DNA of 62,585 nucleotides, taken from positions 1 through 62,585 of the forward strand of contig JAAILG010001725.1 in NCBI GenBank assembly GCA_012026655.1, written 5' to 3'. Every line of letters starts with the position of its first letter. The stretch's first letter is position 1. This document shows, one piece after another, positions 59,466-62,585 of this stretch. This DNA comes from Hydrolagus affinis. Taxonomy: Eukaryota. Both the position numbers and the translations under genes were made by a program. The notes under the pieces are model-generated. The model saw nothing but the letters and a program-made list of their open reading frames with translations, did not search any database and was not told where the DNA came from.

Positions 59466-60669
59466 CCATCAACCCAGTCAGGCACGTGGGTCAGTCGCCT
59501 GCCAGTGTCTGCGGATTGGCTGCGCTTTTCCTTACCGGGGTCTTGTGGAATTTCCAAGTGAAAGAGAATTGTAACGATTAAACTGAAATTTGACAGGTTG
59601 TAAACAGGGAAAGTCAGGACACTCTCGCCAGGTTAGGCACTTTGAAAATGTTAACCATGATTTTTTTTTAAGTGTGTTTGTTTGTGTGTGTGTGTGTGTG
59701 GAAGATTCCACCAGACACCTTGGTTCTCTTGTACAACCAAACAAGACAATGAAACAACCAAACCGAGTATCCGAATAAAAGGATATAAGCGAACAATCTA
59801 TACTACTAGAATAAGGAACTTGGATACATACATTAATGGCATTAATTGAGCCAAGGGATTAACACTGGGTTTCTAATGCGGTCCATGGAAAATAATTTTT
59901 GCCGGATTTTACTCAATAGTGTATGGTCTTTGTGTTCAGTCTTAAAGAGTTTGTTCTGCCATGAAATTGGTGCCTGCTGGCTCAGTATTCCTGTGTTTAA
60001 CTGATAGAATCGTTAAGTATGTGAGTGTATCGAGAGACTCTGCTTCTGAAGTGCTTCATTAATATATAAAAGGACAGAACCTTTTTTTTAACCAAAAAAA
60101 AAGCAGTTGAGTTCAGTTTTAATGGTCAAAACACATTGGGGTCTAAAATGCAGCAGTTTCAGATTGGATTGCTACAAAAAAGAATCTGGGAGAAGTCTTC
60201 ATTTAGGTAACGAGATGTACAACAACACGCTGACTTATAGGATCTGTGTTGAACATAAATTGTGTTGGGTGGATGTGAGCAGGTGGGATATAATTCCAGG
60301 TTCCTATGTTGAGGAGCACAAAAATCCCTGTGTTCTATACCTTGTGTAAAGAAGGATGGGGGCTGAGAAGGAAAATTTCCTTGGACCCATGGAAATAAAA
60401 CTGAAGAATGAAATGCCATTGATTTGACTTTGGCTGGTGAATATTCAATGTTCTGAACTGTGTTTACTGCCTCTCTATGTAACCTAAATCATTCCACGGA
60501 TGGCTGTCTCACTTGGCAAACTCTTATCTCCGCACATTAACAGATCTTGACATTTTTGGGGGGAGGGAAATTGTTTTAAAGATTCTATGAATAAATTTTT
60601 AATAGGTGGTCATTGTTTTGTTTTCTATATCTTTCTTGAACTGCAGTTTGGAATTTCTTGGTAGATGAG

Positions 60670-61075
60670 TGCCTGCCTGGCTCAGGTGATAGCAAACGTG
60701 CCTGAGTCAGAAGGTTGTAGGTTCAGGCCCCATGTCAGGACTTGGAATCTACATATTCAATGACACTCCCAATGCAATGCAGAGCTTGTGCTGCATTTTA
60801 GGAGGTGTGGGTGCTATACTCCATGGCATGCTCTCAGCCTCTTTGATTTTCTAAGATGTTATGGAATGGAAGTTCTTCCTTTTCAAGTGGATGTTAAGAT
60901 CCCCCTGATACTATTCAAACATAGATGGGAATTTCTCCCAGCGTCCTAGGCAACAATCCCCCAGATAAAATTGGTTATTCGTGGCTGCGTGCATAAATTG
61001 GCTGTCATGTTTGCCAACAAAATACACAGTCACTACACTTTACATCATATGAAGTGCTTTGGGACATCCTCCTGT
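60670..61075 (+). mobile_element. Near full-length SacSINE1/AmnSINE1-like Deu SINE (old)
   Basis: Head tggctcaggtgatagc...ctgagtcagaaggttgtaggttcaggcccc, Deu core ggatgttaagatcccc...cgtcctaggcaaca, and tail gaagtgctttgggacatcc. Confidence 0.7.
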
Positions 61076-62585
61076 AAGGACATTTGCCTCTGGTGTGGAA
61101 GGAGGACCTTTACTAGAAGCTTGTGACGTGCTAGCCACTGTAGTTATCTAGTAGTCCAAGTCCAAAGCCAGGTCCACTCAGCACCTGCTGCTAAATTTAA
61201 AGTTTTTGTTTGAGGGGCTTTGGTAAATAGTTGTGCCTGCGTGAAGCCAACTCCATCTCCAGGTGCCAGGTCAGTATAGGCCAGAGCTCACCCTTTTCCC
61301 TGGCTACCAATCCAGCTCGCTGCTTGGACTTGCGTTTCACAATGGGCTGCACGAAAAAGCTTTCACAGTTTCCTAGGAGAAACAAACCATATCCGAATGC
61401 TTTTTGGACGTGTCATACATCACAAGCTTAACCTGCATTTAGCGCCCTGCTGCCTTGAAGCAAGACAAATAAAGCCCGAGAACAACTTTTGTCCCCTTTG
61501 GGTGTTCCTGCAGGACAGTTTCTAAGCAAAAGTTAGGTGTCCACCAGCACGAAATACTGAAAGGAATCAATTTGGACAAATGCCTCTTATATCCTCCCAA
61601 GTTCAATGCTTGACATCATCAGGTGAGTCTGATTGCAAACAGATCCCACAATCCTCTCAGATATGGCAGGAATCAATATTTCAAGTCTCTGTCAATGCAT
61701 CATTGGTGATTAAAGTGCATGATGGTGGACAGCCTTCCCTTGCCTGGCCTCTCCTTGTAGGAAGATTAGGTTCAGTGACTCTGGTAACAATCTTTACCCA
61801 GATCTTGGTGCTGGAACACATGCTCTAAATAAAATCCAAAATGTGCCCATGTGTTCCTGTAGCTATTGGTTTCACGATAAGGACTTCGCGAGGAACAAGG
61901 AAATTGGTAGGTGGGTTTGTTCTTCATTCTCAATACCCTTTTGAGCAAGTAAGCTGTGTAGTTTGTGGAAAAACAAGAAGATATCATGGTCCTTTTAAGA
62001 CTGGTAAGATGCTGAGACTGTCCTTGTGAATCTTCCCCTGAATCTTGAGACTAGCAAACTGCACTCGCAGTGTTTCATCACTGTTTCCACACATCGCCAT
62101 TTTTACATTTAGTAAGAATTGATGCTGTATCATGTGTTGTACAGTAGGCTATTGTCCACTTAGAAGTAGATTAATATCGGCTCAAACTCATGTCGTGGAA
62201 TATTGTAAGTTGAGGAAGTGATTTTAATTGTAATTATCTGGTCTGCATTAAAACCCAGGCACACAGTGAAAGAACAGTGTGTTAAATCACAGAGTCCACA
62301 GTTCTTTCTGTGAGTTATGGGTCAGATGTTGTATTTTGTCCAATGATGTAATCTTTAGATTGCCAACTATTTTGTAAATGACATTTAGCACTGGAATAAA
62401 AGTGGGAAGGGTTGTATGCACACAACAGCTTCTGATGGAGAGAAAGACCATCTCAAATTTGAATTTATTGAAATGGTACAAGTCTTAACCCAAAATCTTA
62501 ACGCAAGCATGTGTTCGCCTGCCTGTATCCTTCACTGAGATTCCGGTCACTGCTTATTCCTAACCGCTATAATAATAATAATATT

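Noticed and set aside
1-62585. CRISPR arrays, prokaryotic operons or intact transposase/RT genes
   Set aside because: The sequence is an intron-rich eukaryotic locus. There are no regularly spaced repeat-spacer arrays, and all LINE fragments carry stops or frameshifts.

Overview
Vertebrate genomic DNA, most likely a cartilaginous fish and possibly a holocephalan such as elephant shark (inferred from the repeat types only). It carries the conserved block GALNT16 (+, 13 coding exons corresponding to exons 3-15; the 5' exons lie outside the window), ERH (-, complete, 4 coding exons, 104 aa) and SLC39A9/ZIP9 (+, complete, 7 coding exons, 302 aa). ERH and SLC39A9 are head-to-head on a CpG-rich bidirectional promoter with ETS/GABP and duplicated YY1-type motifs. 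Every exon was placed by hand with GT-AG boundaries and consistent phases. Introns are filled with a tRNA-headed Deu-type SINE with an L2-like tail, L2 and CR1 LINE fragments, and TA-targeting Tc1/mariner-pogo-type MITEs. There is one 100-N assembly gap. The observations most worth checking are: a TSD-flanked Penelope-like palindrome with two hammerhead ribozyme cores in SLC39A9 intron 3; a MITE with an internal ~200-bp-arm hairpin inside ERH; an AG|GTAAG recursive-splice-type site at SLC39A9 exon 3; in-frame upstream ATGs and a candidate micro-exon in ERH; a 149-bp inverted-repeat pair between the convergent GALNT16 and ERH 3' ends; and an unclassified hairpin-bearing repeat recurring in GALNT16 introns. 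I see no evidence for a wholly new protein-coding system. Nearly all ORF-track entries are spurious or repeat-derived. Comparisons to human genes are from memory and need confirming by alignment.
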